A stretch of DNA of 64,000 nt from NCBI GenBank assembly GCA_963850305.1, contig CAWKKR010000002.1, positions 1 to 64,000 of the forward strand. Direction: 5' to 3'. The translations under genes and the position numbers were made by a program. The first letter of the stretch is position 1. Each line of letters begins with the position of its first letter. The notes under the pieces are model-generated. The model was not told the DNA's origin and made no database searches. It saw only the letters and a list, made by a program, of their open reading frames with translations. Source of the stretch: an uncultured delta proteobacterium (GTDB lineage: Bacteria > Myxococcota_A > Polyangia > Polyangiales > Polyangiaceae). Below, in pieces: positions 29,035 through 39,814 of the stretch.

Positions 29035-29320
29035 AGCAGTAGGTTCGCTGCCCTCCATGAACCAGAGGAAGGCGTGGGTATCGAGCAGCAGGTTCATGCC
29101 GTGTACGGCGCGAAATCCTCGAGCGGCTCGTCGAAGTCGTCACGCACGTGGAGCAAGTCCTTAGCAGCGCCGAAACGCGGGCGGCGCGATGAGCTTCCCG
29201 CAGGAAGAAGCCGCGCCACAGGCTCGTCGGGCGGGTGAGAAGGACCTCTTCTCCGGCCTGAACGCGCCCGAGTATCTCGGCGAACCGAGCTTCGGCCTGG
29301 GCGACATCGACGACGTGCAT
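29035..29320 (-). pseudogene. Phd/YefM antitoxin (frameshifted) plus truncated VapC
   Basis: MHVVDVAQAEARFAEILGRVQAGEEVLLTR / PVARLLP..DDFDEPLEDF, followed by MNLLLDTHAFLWF. Confidence 0.8.
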
Positions 29321-29974
29321 GGGAGAGAGCGTAGCACCGGTCGGGTCGGCGCGGGCCCCGCCAATCCACTGGCCTCTCCGCAAGACCAAAGGAGTTCCAG
29401 CCTAGTAGCGGGTCGACGGGTCGAGCGGGAAGCGGCCCGAAGTGCCATCACGCCGCCTCCGTGAGGTCGATCAGCGCGGTTCTAAATTCATCCAGTTGGG
29501 GTCGCTACGTTAGGAAACCCGCCCTCGACGGCGAAGAATCGGCCGATGACGGCTTCACCCTCGACCTGAAACCGAGTCGATCTCGCGTCGTGTGCTCACT
29601 CACCTCACGCAGCTCGACTCGAGCGAGGTCCGGTCGTCGTACTCGGTGCCTGGACGTTCGTTGGAGCAAGGGTGGGCTCAATGGGCGTCACAGGCGTCGG
29701 CGGTACGGGCGTCGGTGTCGGTGGTGTCACCGGCGTGGGCGGCGCGGCCTCGGCGACGCGTCGGGTTCGTCGCGAGTAGAATCGACGGAGCGATCTCGTC
29801 TACGTCGCCCTCGTGCCAGCGCACCCTCGACGCGGCCCGTCTCGCTCGTCGGCGGGGTGCTCCGAGCGCACGCGGGAGGAACTCGTCGCGGAGGGACCCC
29901 GGTGCCTCATATGACCGAGGTAGCCGGCACGGCCCCCATGAATCGCGATTTCCGCCCTGGCTCAATTCGCGGTC

Positions 29975-30034
29975 GTTCGACCTTCGTTCGAGGTGTGTTC
30001 GAGGTGTGTTCGATCTTCGTTCGAGATCCTTCGA
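29975..30034. repeat. 11-bp-period GTTCGA array, 6 units
   Basis: GTTCGA at 29975, 29986, 29997, 30008 and 30019; TTCGA at 30030. Confidence 0.75.
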
Positions 30035-30569
30035 CCGACCTCCGCGGGACGCGTCGTCCGCAAGGCGAGGTGCATGACGAGCTCTTCGCGACCGTCGGGG
30101 TCGACCGCGAGCACGTCGTACCGTCCCTCCGAGACGATGGTGAGGAAGCGAGCCCGACACCGCTCTCAGAACCGAGGCCCACACCGAGACCGATCCCCAA
30201 TCTCCCGTCCCCCCGCCGCGCAGGCGCGGCTGCATCTCGCCACGAGGCCCGAAGGCTGGCCCGGCGGCAGCAACCGACTCTCGCCGCGCCCGTCACTCCG
30301 GTGCGTCCCCCCAAATCTGTCGGCGCTGCGAATTTGTGCGCGTTCCCGCTCCCCATCCCGAAACCGTCTCTTCTTCCGGCTCCGCTCCCGCGCCCGTCAC
30401 CGCAACCGGCCCGACCTCCAATCGAGGCTGCGGCACCCCCCGAATGCGCGACGCTCACAAAGTCCCCGCGAACTGCGAGCTTTGCATGGTGTGCGCGTCC
30501 GGCACGAAAACGTGTTCGCGTGCAACGGCGAGGACCCGTGCCGGACCTCCGGCAACGCGCGCCGTGCCA

Positions 30570-31155
30570 GCGCAAGCGCGCACCGAGCGCTCGGGAAAGC
30601 GACACCCGCGCGTAGCAAGGCCAGCTACGTGTCCGGAAGCGCGCACCGAGCGCTCGGGAAGGCGACCCCGACGTCCGGCAACGCGAGCCAAGCGTCGGGA
30701 AGGGCGGCCCGGGCACGCGGAGCGTCGACACCAGCGTCGGGAAACGCGGCCCGGACACGCGGAGCGTCGACACCAGCGTCGGGAAGGGCGGCCCGGACAC
30801 GCGGAGCGTCGACACCAGCGCGCGATAAGGCGAGTTACGTGTCCGGAAGCGCGCGCCGAGCGCTTGGAACGACGCTCCGGATGCTGGAGCCGACGCTCCG
30901 GATGCTTGAGCCGACGCTTCGGATGCTTGAGCCGACGCTTCGGATGCTTGAGCCGACGCTCCGGATGCTAGAGCCGACGCTCCGGGTGCAAGAGCCGACG
31001 CTCCGGGTGCTAGAGCCAACGCTCCGGATGCTAGAGCCGACGCTCCGGGTGCAAGAGCCGACGCTCCGGGTGCAAGAGCCGACGCTCCGGGTGCAAGAGC
31101 CGACGTTCCAGGTGCAAGAGCCGACGCTCCGGGTGCAAGAGCCGACGCTCCGGAA
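30570..31155. repeat. 21-bp-phase tandem repeat region
   Basis: About 13 copies of GAGCCGACGCTCCGG(A/G)TGC(TT/TA/AA) at about 30870-31155, three 42-bp units at 30691-30816, and matches at 63- and 210-bp offsets. Confidence 0.9.
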
Positions 31156-31336
31156 GCGTGGGCGAGTTTCTCCGCGATTGCAGGTGGGCGGATCTGACGC
31201 GCCGTGACGTTTGGGCCAGCTCGTTGCCCAGGCACAGTGGAAGAGTCTAGTTCGACTGAACAGCCGTAAATCGTGCATGATCATCGCGCCCATTCGCGAT
31301 AGGAACGTTCTCCGGCAGCGCACTCGGAGGACGAGG

Positions 31337-32296
31337 ATGACCGATACCAATGGCGTCGAGGTGGATCTCTGGCACGTCGAAAGCTCTTCGGGCGAGGTGC
31401 TCGTCGTCACGATCGAGCAGCTCGACGAGGCCTTCAATCTGGGTCACGTGAACGAGCAGACGCGCGTGTGGCAAGAGGGAATGCCAGTCGCCGTGTCGCT
31501 CCGGGAGCTGCTGGGGCTCGACTCCGAGGACTCCGCAGAACAGAGGTTCGAGGAGCCCCCGCCCGCCGTCGAGCCGCGGTACGCCCAGGCGCCCGCACCG
31601 CATGCGAACGCACAGCAGGCCCAGGCGCCCGCACCGTCTCATTATCCGCCGGCAGCCGCGCCGTCCTATCGGCCGCCAGCGGCGGGCGCGGCGAGCGGTC
31701 CGTCGACGACGTCGGTGTGGCCGCCGCCGGTCGTCGCGACGAGCGTGCGTCCCTCCGCGTCCGTTCCGCCGCCCTCGGGTCCGCCGGGTTCGTGGCAGAT
31801 GAACGCCGTCCCGAGCGTCATGCCGACGGCCTTCGACGTCGAGGACGACTTCGTGCCCTTCGCGAGGCCGAGGAGCCGCTCGGGGCTGGTGTTCGGCATG
31901 GTCGGCGCGCTTGCGCTCGCCGCGGGCGCCATGGCGTACATGAATTCGAACGCCGACGCGACGACGGCCGCCGCGACGGTGGCACCGGCGGTCGTCGCGC
32001 CGGCGCAGAGCCGCGCGCTCGACACCGGCAACGCGCCGCTTCACCTTTCGGACGTGCCGCCGGCGGAGATCACGAAGCCGGACGCGCCGCTCGCGGCCCC
32101 GGCAACACCGAACGTCGACGAGAATCTGTCGCTCCGCGAGGTGGCGCTCCGAGCTGCCAACGCCAAGAGCAAGTCGCACGCACACGCCAGGGCCGCCGCT
32201 GCCGGAAAAGGCCGGCGTCACGGCAGGAGCAACGTCGCGGCGTTCAAGAGCACCAAGGGCGGCAGCAAGTACGATCCGCTGAACGGATCGCTCTGA
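31337..32296 (+). CDS. Pro-rich single-TM hypothetical protein
   Basis: GAGG RBS, N-terminal TIEQLDEAF..VNEQTRVWQEGM domain, TM helix and YDPLNGSL tail. Confidence 0.7.
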   Translation: MTDTNGVEVDLWHVESSSGEVLVVTIEQLDEAFNLGHVNEQTRVWQEGMPVAVSLRELLGLDSEDSAEQRFEEPPPAVEPRYAQAPAPHANAQQAQAPAPSHYPPAAAPSYRPPAAGAASGPSTTSVWPPPVVATSVRPSASVPPPSGPPGSWQMNAVPSVMPTAFDVEDDFVPFARPRSRSGLVFGMVGALALAAGAMAYMNSNADATTAAATVAPAVVAPAQSRALDTGNAPLHLSDVPPAEITKPDAPLAAPATPNVDENLSLREVALRAANAKSKSHAHARAAAAGKGRRHGRSNVAAFKSTKGGSKYDPLNGSL

Positions 32297-32420
32297 CGCT
32301 CTCGTAGCCGCCGCCTGCTCTTGGACGCGCCCGGACCGAACCGGCTGACGCCGTCGATCCAGGAATCCGTCCCCGCCGCAGGGTGCGCGGGTGGCATGCC
32401 GTGTGCTTGGCGTGCCTCTC

Positions 32421-33536
32421 ATGACTCCACTTCGCGGTTCGTCGTTCGCGTGTTCTCTGGCGGCCTCGTTGATGATGGCAGCCTGCGGCGCCTCCGAGAC
32501 GCGGCCGCCGGTTTCAGCACCGCCGCCATCCGCGTCCGCGGCGGTCCTGCCTGCTGCGACGGCGTCCTCCGTCGCCAGCGCGACCGCGCCCCCCGTCGAG
32601 CCGCCCAAGGAAGAAGCTCACCGGCTGGTCGTCGCCACCATCGCCTGCTGGCTCGGCGGCGTCTGGACCGATGCCGAGGGGGACCTCGACGACGCGACCC
32701 GGGCTGCCGACGCGGAACGCCTTTGCCACGACGTGGTGAAGCGGATCTACGGCACCGACGATCCGGGGCGATTCGAGCGGCTGCGCGCGGTCGAAGCCGG
32801 CGAGGTCATCACCGCGAGGGACAAGATCCTGGCAGTGGCCCGCGCCGACTCGGTGGACGCCGCCCGGCAAGAGCAGCTCGGCAAATTCTTCGACGCCGTC
32901 GCCGACGCGGAGCGCGAGACCATGATGGCCCGGCGCGCCGGCGATCGCGTGAAGAAGGACATCGCAGGCGAGCGCGAGGCAGCGAAGCTCCGCCCGGACG
33001 AAGCCGCCGCCGTGGGTCCCCTGAGCGAAACCAAGGCATTCGACGCCCTGCTCACGATCGACGTCGGGGGTCTCACGCCCGAGGCGCGCGCGGTGGCGGT
33101 TCTATGCGCCATGGACCGGATGCAGACCGCTCGCGGGCTCACGAAGCACCTCAAGGTGTACGTGGTCGAGCGGCCCTTCTCGGTTTACTTCGGCGTGGCT
33201 GCGCCGGACGTACCGCGGGACACCAAGAAGCCGCTGAAGGGCGGAGCCTGGCTCGCCTACCTGACGTCCGTCGCACAGGCGGCCGGGCACCCCGTGCCGG
33301 AAGCTGCGAAGTCGCTCACCGACCGTGAGCTCCTCGCGTGGGGTGGAACGCTCGACGGCCTCGCCGACCAACTCCGCGCCCTCATCGGCCAGCTCTCGGA
33401 CGCGACGGATCTCGAGCGCGTGTCCCGGGCGATCGTCGAGCGGGTCGACATCGGGTACCGGGCGTCCGAGACGGCCGTTCAGCGACAGCCGGAGCCCGCT
33501 GGACCGCCGCGCAGCCTCCGGCCTCCCAAGTCGTGA
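32421..33536 (+). CDS. Hypothetical lipoprotein
   Basis: Lipobox MAAC and a long helical ORF. Confidence 0.7.
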   Translation: MTPLRGSSFACSLAASLMMAACGASETRPPVSAPPPSASAAVLPAATASSVASATAPPVEPPKEEAHRLVVATIACWLGGVWTDAEGDLDDATRAADAERLCHDVVKRIYGTDDPGRFERLRAVEAGEVITARDKILAVARADSVDAARQEQLGKFFDAVADAERETMMARRAGDRVKKDIAGEREAAKLRPDEAAAVGPLSETKAFDALLTIDVGGLTPEARAVAVLCAMDRMQTARGLTKHLKVYVVERPFSVYFGVAAPDVPRDTKKPLKGGAWLAYLTSVAQAAGHPVPEAAKSLTDRELLAWGGTLDGLADQLRALIGQLSDATDLERVSRAIVERVDIGYRASETAVQRQPEPAGPPRSLRPPKS

Positions 33537-33540
33537 AGCC

Positions 33541-34518
33541 TCACATCGAAGAGCGTGCCAGAAGCTCGACGGACCGCAGGCGCGCCTGGAGGGTCGGCGC
33601 GGGATGAACGACGATGAGCTCGTCGGCATCGGCGAAGCGAGCGAAGCTGTCGATGTAGGCCTTGACGTCCGCCTCCGTCCCGACGGCGGAGTACGTGCTC
33701 ATGGCTCTCACCGTTTCCCCGGCCGGTGACTCCAGGATCGCCTGCGCCTCTTCGTCCGTGAACCGCGCTCGGCGGCCGAGCAACGCTTTGACGCGGGCGC
33801 GCTGCACCGCCGCAAAATGCTCGCGGGCCTCCGCGGCCGTGTCGGCGGCCAGGACGTTCACCCCCGCCATGACATGAGGCCGGTCGAGCTGCTTCGACGG
33901 GCGAAACTCGCCGCGATAGACGGCCACCGCTTGCTCGAGCAGAGCGGGGGCGAAGTGGGAGGCGAACGCGTATGGCAACCCGAGCCGCGCGGCGAGCTTC
34001 GCGCCGAAGAGCGACGACCCGAGAACGTAAAGCGGCACGCGCGTATTTTTGCCGGGCGTCGCCTCCACACCCACGACCCGCGATTCGTCGCCCAGATAGG
34101 CTTGAAGATCGAGCACGTCGCTGGGAAACGACTCGGCGGATGACGGATGGACACGCAGCGCGCGCGTAGTGGTGGGATCGGTGCCGGGGGCCCGGCCCAG
34201 CCCCAGGTCGATGCGTCCGGGATGCAAGCTCTCGAGCGTGCCGAATTGCTCCGCAATCACGAGCGGTGCGTGGTTCGGGAGCATGATCCCCCCCGCGCCG
34301 ACGCGAATGGTTCGGGTGTGGGCAGCGACATGCGCGATGAGCACGCTCGTCGCCGATGAGGCGATGGTCGGGATATTGTGGTGCTCCGCGTACCAGACGC
34401 GGCGGTAGCCCAAGGCCTCCGCACGCTGCGCGACGGCCACGACGCCGGCAAAGGTTTCGCGCGGTGACTGTCCGGGCGCGACGAACGCGAGGTCGAGAAT
34501 GGAAAGGGGGACGGCCAT
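33541..34518 (-). CDS. LLM-class flavin-dependent oxidoreductase
   Basis: [54 protein letters not shown]. Confidence 0.95.
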   Translation of the reverse strand: MAVPLSILDLAFVAPGQSPRETFAGVVAVAQRAEALGYRRVWYAEHHNIPTIASSATSVLIAHVAAHTRTIRVGAGGIMLPNHAPLVIAEQFGTLESLHPGRIDLGLGRAPGTDPTTTRALRVHPSSAESFPSDVLDLQAYLGDESRVVGVEATPGKNTRVPLYVLGSSLFGAKLAARLGLPYAFASHFAPALLEQAVAVYRGEFRPSKQLDRPHVMAGVNVLAADTAAEAREHFAAVQRARVKALLGRRARFTDEEAQAILESPAGETVRAMSTYSAVGTEADVKAYIDSFARFADADELIVVHPAPTLQARLRSVELLARSSM

Positions 34519-34822
34519 GTTTCGGGCGCGGGCGGTCGAGGAAACCCCCAACTTGAGGCTAAGATCGGCTGCTGCAAGTCCACGCCCCGGATCGACGGCA
34601 GCGATCGAAGCCGGTCCGGATACACAGCCGGACGCGGCAAAGGCGGAAGCGGTGTGTTCTCGTGAAGCCGTTGCACCCGAGCGCAGTCATTGCGCCTGCG
34701 GACTTTCGAAAGATCCCCCCGCCGAACGAGGGCTGCGGTGCATATCGAACCGCCCTCGAGATCCAGCGAGTGGCCTGGAACGTGCTTATGCGTGCGAGTA
34801 CGAAAGAAGGAGGCTCGTGCCC

Positions 34823-35071
34823 ATGTCCAAAAACGAATCCATGAAGGCCCTGAACGACGCCGTGCAAGAGCTCGAGACCGCGCGGGAGACCGCGCGGGTG
34901 AAGCTGCATCTCCTCTCGATGGACGCGCGGAACACGTGGGACGGCATGGAAGCGAAGTTCCTGGAGCTCAAACAGAACGTCGAGAACCAGGGCGAAAAGG
35001 TCGCCGAGGCCTCGGCCTCCGCCGCCCGCGATCTGGCGCGCTCGATTCGAAAACTGGTCGATCAGGTCTAG
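34823..35071 (+). CDS. Small coiled-coil hypothetical protein
   Basis: AGGAGG RBS; ARVKLHLLSMDARNTW. Confidence 0.75.
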   Translation: MSKNESMKALNDAVQELETARETARVKLHLLSMDARNTWDGMEAKFLELKQNVENQGEKVAEASASAARDLARSIRKLVDQV

Positions 35072-35167
35072 GACGCCTTCGACCGTTTGGCAGCGGACGA
35101 TTTCGCGTCCGCTGCCGGGCGCGGCCGGAAGAACGTCGCTCCGCCGGGATTGCGGAGCGACGCAAAC

Positions 35168-36019
35168 TCACACGGCGACAATGGGGGTCACCAGGCGACC
35201 AGCTGCCTTTGGTGTCCGCGAGCCTATGCCTATGCCGATGCCGCAGAGGTCGACCGCGAGCCTGAGGCGCGGATCGCCCTGGAGCCGCTGCCAGGCGCGT
35301 TCCATGTCGCGCGACCACCTGATATCGTCGAACACGAACAGAGCTCCGTCGGTTGATTGCTGCCAGATCCGGTCGAAGTACGACAGGGTCGGCTCGAACT
35401 GGTGATGGCCGTCGATGAAGACGAAGTCTACCGGCTCGGTCAGCGCGCGATCGAGAGTGAGCTCGAAGAACCCTTGCACGTAGTCCACGCGATTCAGACC
35501 AAGGGTACCGTGGAGTTCTCTCGCAACCTCCACACGCGCCGGCGACGCCTCGAGCGTGACGACGCGGCCGCGCCCTCTCGCTTCGAGGGCTGCGGCAATG
35601 TATGCGCTCGAGATCCCCACGTTCGTTCCGAGCTCGATGACGCGCTCCGGAGCGAATTCGTCTACGAGGACGTTGAGCCCGATGGCGTCGTGCACGCGGC
35701 GACTGGCCCTGCAAGCGTCAGCGACGGTCAGTCCGGCATCGAATGGGCCCTCGGCTGCGATGTCGCGGAGGAACCGTTTGGACGCGCGGAGCCGCGAGCG
35801 CTGCGCTTCGATTCGATCTGCCCACGAGCGGGAAGCACCGATGTCGTGCGCGCGCATCCTCCTGAGGGCCCTGACGAGCCTGGGCGCAAGCGGATGGTCG
35901 AACCGCTCGATGATGTCGAGGTTCGCGGTCGTTCGCCGGCTGGCAAGGCCGCTGAGCACGCGACGTCGCGCGAGGAGCGCCGCACGCGAAGCGCGGCTGG
36001 AAAACACGCCCAACTGCAT
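35168..36019 (-). CDS. Class I SAM-dependent methyltransferase
   Basis: VIELGTNVGIS, DFVFIDGHH and VFDDIRWS. Confidence 0.9.
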   Translation of the reverse strand: MQLGVFSSRASRAALLARRRVLSGLASRRTTANLDIIERFDHPLAPRLVRALRRMRAHDIGASRSWADRIEAQRSRLRASKRFLRDIAAEGPFDAGLTVADACRASRRVHDAIGLNVLVDEFAPERVIELGTNVGISSAYIAAALEARGRGRVVTLEASPARVEVARELHGTLGLNRVDYVQGFFELTLDRALTEPVDFVFIDGHHQFEPTLSYFDRIWQQSTDGALFVFDDIRWSRDMERAWQRLQGDPRLRLAVDLCGIGIGIGSRTPKAAGRLVTPIVAV

Positions 36020-36082
36020 GGGAAGCAGCCTACCTTTTTCGCGCCGCGCTCATCAACTCTACGTCGTCGGTGGACGGGTCAG

Positions 36083-37420
36083 TCAAGACGTGGCCGTGGG
36101 AACTGGGGTCCCTTCGGCGCTCTCCAGCGGGTCGTCGCGCTCGGGGTGATGGAACAGAATGACCACCACCACCGACGAGAGCGCCAGGAGCGCCAGGAGC
36201 CAGAAGGCTGCGTTGAAGCTCCGCGTGATGCCCACGAGCCAGCCCGTCACGAGCGGCGCCACGAAGCCGGAGACGGCAAAGAACGTGTCCATGACGCCGA
36301 GTGCCGTGCCGGCGCACCGGTGGGCGACATCCACGGTCACGGCGTAAAACGCGGCGTTCGCGCTCATGCTCAATCCCACGGCGAGCGAGAGAAACACGAG
36401 CATGACGCTCCGGTCGTGCGCGAAGATCACGGGCAGAATGCAGAGACCCGCGAGTAGCTGCGAGATCCAGATCGGATGAGAGCGCGCAGCCCGCAGGCTG
36501 CCGGTCTTGCGCAGCAACGCATCCGACAGATACCCGAAGGCCCAGAGCAGAATCGCCGCGACCGTCCACGGCAGGATCGAGAACAGGCCAACTTGCTTAA
36601 GATCGAAGTGATAAGCCTTTTCGAGATACGTGGGCATCCACGTCATGAAGAAGAAGAGGAAGTAGCCGAACACGAAGAAGGACCAGTCGTTGGCGAGCAA
36701 GGTGCGGTTCGAGAGCAGGAACTTCCACATGCCGCGCGTCTGGTGGCGACGACGCTCGAGCGTCACGCTCGCCACGACCGGATCGCCGGGCTTGCCGTCG
36801 CGGATGTGCGCGAGCTCCGCGGCATTCACGAATCGGCTGTGCTCGGGAAAATCCACGAACAGGAACCACCACAGTGGAAGCCACAAGAGGCCGAGCCCCA
36901 TGAGCACGACGAACATGCCGCGCCATCCCACATGAAGGATGAGCTGTGTGGCGACCGGCGCGCCGAGCGCGAGCGCGACGGGCACGGCCACGAGCGAATT
37001 GGATAGTGCGATGGCGCGCTCGTGGCTGGACAGCCAGTCCGCGACGCCGCGGTTCATGGCGGGGAAGTTCGGCCCTTCCGCGACGCCGAGCAGAATGCGT
37101 GCGCCGGCGAGCATCACGAAGCCCGTGGAAAATCCGGTGAGGCCGATGGCGATGGACCACAAAAGTGCCGCCCAGAACAGCGTCTTGCGCGCGCCGTAGC
37201 GGTCCGCGACCACGCCGCCGAGGAGCGTCGTGAGCATGTACCCGATGCTGAACGCCGCGAGGATGAAGCCGCTGAGAAGGTCTTCGTCGTGCTTGCTGAA
37301 ATGCAGCTCGCGGGCGATGTCGCCGATGGCGTAGGAGATCGCCGAGCGGTCGATGTAGTTGACCATCGTGATCGCGAAGATCAGGGCGACGACGAGCCAG
37401 CGGAAGCGGGTCATGGGCAT
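36083..37420 (-). CDS. MFS transporter (anion:cation symporter type)
   Basis: NYIDRSAIS, GVVADRYGAR, RILLGVAEGPNFP and about 12 TM helices. Confidence 0.95.
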   Translation of the reverse strand: MPMTRFRWLVVALIFAITMVNYIDRSAISYAIGDIARELHFSKHDEDLLSGFILAAFSIGYMLTTLLGGVVADRYGARKTLFWAALLWSIAIGLTGFSTGFVMLAGARILLGVAEGPNFPAMNRGVADWLSSHERAIALSNSLVAVPVALALGAPVATQLILHVGWRGMFVVLMGLGLLWLPLWWFLFVDFPEHSRFVNAAELAHIRDGKPGDPVVASVTLERRRHQTRGMWKFLLSNRTLLANDWSFFVFGYFLFFFMTWMPTYLEKAYHFDLKQVGLFSILPWTVAAILLWAFGYLSDALLRKTGSLRAARSHPIWISQLLAGLCILPVIFAHDRSVMLVFLSLAVGLSMSANAAFYAVTVDVAHRCAGTALGVMDTFFAVSGFVAPLVTGWLVGITRSFNAAFWLLALLALSSVVVVILFHHPERDDPLESAEGTPVPTATS

Positions 37421-37658
37421 CGGCCGACTTCAGCATGAAGCGCGACTCGGCGGGGGAATCAGCGCTTTTCGGCGCGGCCGCTCGAGCGAGCGCTCGCGGC
37501 TCCGGCCATGCGGAACGAGCGGTTGGGAGCGCGGACGGGTCAGCGTGGCGTCCAGCCAGTGCGCGCACCCCCGGCGCGTGCAACAGTCCCGCCGCCCGAT
37601 GGAGGCGACCGCATCGCGTTCGTCGGACCTGTAGGCTTTCGAAACCGGAGGACTTTCA

Positions 37659-38459
37659 ATGAACGAACAGCGACGGGGCAGTGGACAGACAGCGCTCATC
37701 ACGGGTGCCTCGATGGGGATCGGCGTCGATCTCGCCGAGTGCTTCGCCGAGGACGGATACGACGTGATCCTCACCGCGCGCTCCGAAAGCGCGCTCTCGG
37801 CCCTGGCCGAGCGGCTCGGGCACGAGCACCGCGTGAAGGCGACGTCGATTGTCGCCGATCTCGGGGAGCGGGGAGCGGGCTCCCGGCTCATCGAGGAGAT
37901 CCTGCGCCGCGGCACGAGAGTGGACGTGCTCGTGAACAACGCCGGCTACGGCATCGCCGGAGCCTTCGCCGGCTCGAAGCTCGAGGACCAGCTCGGGATC
38001 ATCGACGTCAACGACCGAGCCCTCGTGGAGCTGACGCACCACACGTGGCCGGGGATGCTGGAGCGTCGGCGCGGGGGCATCCTGAACGTCGCGTCCACGG
38101 CGGCGTTCCAGCCGGGGCCGCTCATGGCCGTTTATTACGCGTCCAAGGCGTTCGTTCTCTCGTTCTCCGAGGCGCTGTGGCGCGAGGCCGCCGGCACCGG
38201 CGTCCACGTGAGCTGCTTGTGTCCTGGCCCCACCACGAGCAACTTCCGTGCTCGCGCCGGAACGGGCAAAACGCGGCTCTCCAAGCGCCCCAAGATGTCT
38301 GCGCGCGACGTGGCACGCCTGGGGTACGGGGGCTTCCAGAAGAACGAGCGCGTCGTGGTCACGGGTTTCACGAACGCGCTCGCCGCGCGTCTCGTGCCGT
38401 TTCTGCCGCGCGCCGCCGTGTTGAACTCCGTACACGCGCTCCAGTCGCCAGGGGAATAA
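37659..38459 (+). CDS. Short-chain dehydrogenase/reductase
   Basis: TGASMGIG, NNAG and YYASK. Confidence 0.95.
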   Translation: MNEQRRGSGQTALITGASMGIGVDLAECFAEDGYDVILTARSESALSALAERLGHEHRVKATSIVADLGERGAGSRLIEEILRRGTRVDVLVNNAGYGIAGAFAGSKLEDQLGIIDVNDRALVELTHHTWPGMLERRRGGILNVASTAAFQPGPLMAVYYASKAFVLSFSEALWREAAGTGVHVSCLCPGPTTSNFRARAGTGKTRLSKRPKMSARDVARLGYGGFQKNERVVVTGFTNALAARLVPFLPRAAVLNSVHALQSPGE

Positions 38460-38572
38460 AAGGTCGTCGTTGCCCCGAGCGGGCCGGAGGTCGCGCCGCG
38501 GCTCGGGCGGTCGACGTTTTGCCTTGACCAAAGGTATACTTTATGTTTACCATTGGTGTCGGAGGCGTGGAC

Positions 38573-39706
38573 ATGCGAACCGTCGATGCAACGATGTATG
38601 CACTCGGGTGCGGGCTCCTCGTCATGGCGCTGGGCGGCCTTCTCGAGGCGTGCTCAACGGCCAAGGAACAAGGCTCTTCGACCGATGGAGGCGCACCGGG
38701 CGTCGGCGCTTCGGGCGGAAGCGCCGGCGTGGGAGCGGCGGGGTCGAGCGCTGTCGCAGCTGGCGGCACGAACGTGGGCTATGGCAGCGGGGGAGCGGCC
38801 GCGGGGACCGGGGGGAGCGTCGCCGCCAGCGCCGGCGGCACCGGTGGCGGCGTCGACGCGGGCAGCGTCACGGTGTGCAATGACATCGCCGCCGGCGCAT
38901 CGACGCTGACCGTGAACGGCACGACCCGCACGTTCTCGGTGCAGCTGCCGGCGGACACGTCCCACATGGCACTCCTCTTTCTCTGGCACGGGTGGCTGCA
39001 AGTACCCACCGATTTCGCGAACGCGATCGTGTACGACGTGCCGTCCGGTAAGTGGGTGCCGTTCGATCCGGACGCTTTTCCGATGCCGCTGATGATCGTG
39101 ACCCCGTACGATCTGAATCTGATCCCGCCCGCCGGGCTCGACTGGGACATAGCGAGCGGCGCCCAGGATTTTCCGTTCTTCGAGGCCATGCTCCAGTGCA
39201 TCCAGCAGCAGTTCAGCATCGACAAGACGCGGATCTACTCCTTCGGGTTCTCGGCGGGCGCGGTCTTCAGCGATCTTCTGTCCGCGAAGTATCCGCACTT
39301 ATTCGCCGCCACCGTCAGCGAGTCCGGCGCGTGGTTCAACGACACGAACGAGTGGGCGGATGTATCCGTCCCGATCATGCAATGGCAGTGGCCGCCGTTT
39401 AGCCCCGCGGATGAGGGCAACGTCCTTTTGACCCACGGCGGGCCCAACGACTATGCGACCGTCATCAGCCTGGAGCAGGCCAATCAGCAGGCGATCCCGT
39501 TCCTCTACGACAACCAGCGCACCGTCGTGGACTGCGCGCATACCTTCGGCCACTCTCTCGATCCGGACCTCACGCAGAGCATGTATTACGAGTACCTGTG
39601 GGACCACCAGCTCGGGGGTCCGCCGCTATCGGCGATGATTCCCGACTTCCCTACGCAGGCCAAGCCTGTCGGTGCCACGAGCTGCACGTTCCACCCGTAC
39701 CCGTGA
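38573..39706 (+). CDS. Secreted alpha/beta-hydrolase (esterase) lipoprotein
   Basis: Lipobox-like LEAC, Gly-rich linker, FLWHG and RIYSFGFSAGA nucleophile elbow. Confidence 0.75.
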   Translation: MRTVDATMYALGCGLLVMALGGLLEACSTAKEQGSSTDGGAPGVGASGGSAGVGAAGSSAVAAGGTNVGYGSGGAAAGTGGSVAASAGGTGGGVDAGSVTVCNDIAAGASTLTVNGTTRTFSVQLPADTSHMALLFLWHGWLQVPTDFANAIVYDVPSGKWVPFDPDAFPMPLMIVTPYDLNLIPPAGLDWDIASGAQDFPFFEAMLQCIQQQFSIDKTRIYSFGFSAGAVFSDLLSAKYPHLFAATVSESGAWFNDTNEWADVSVPIMQWQWPPFSPADEGNVLLTHGGPNDYATVISLEQANQQAIPFLYDNQRTVVDCAHTFGHSLDPDLTQSMYYEYLWDHQLGGPPLSAMIPDFPTQAKPVGATSCTFHPYP

Positions 39707-39814
39707 GATAGGGACGCCGCGGCGCGGGCGCGCGGGCGCGGTAGGTAGTAGGGGGAGAACGGACGACAGCGCAACGGCTCGCCCGACTTCCCGGCGTGTT
39801 AGAGTGAGCGGTCG

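Noticed and set aside
30870..31155. 21-bp repeat as CRISPR
   Set aside because: The units are contiguous with no unique spacers.
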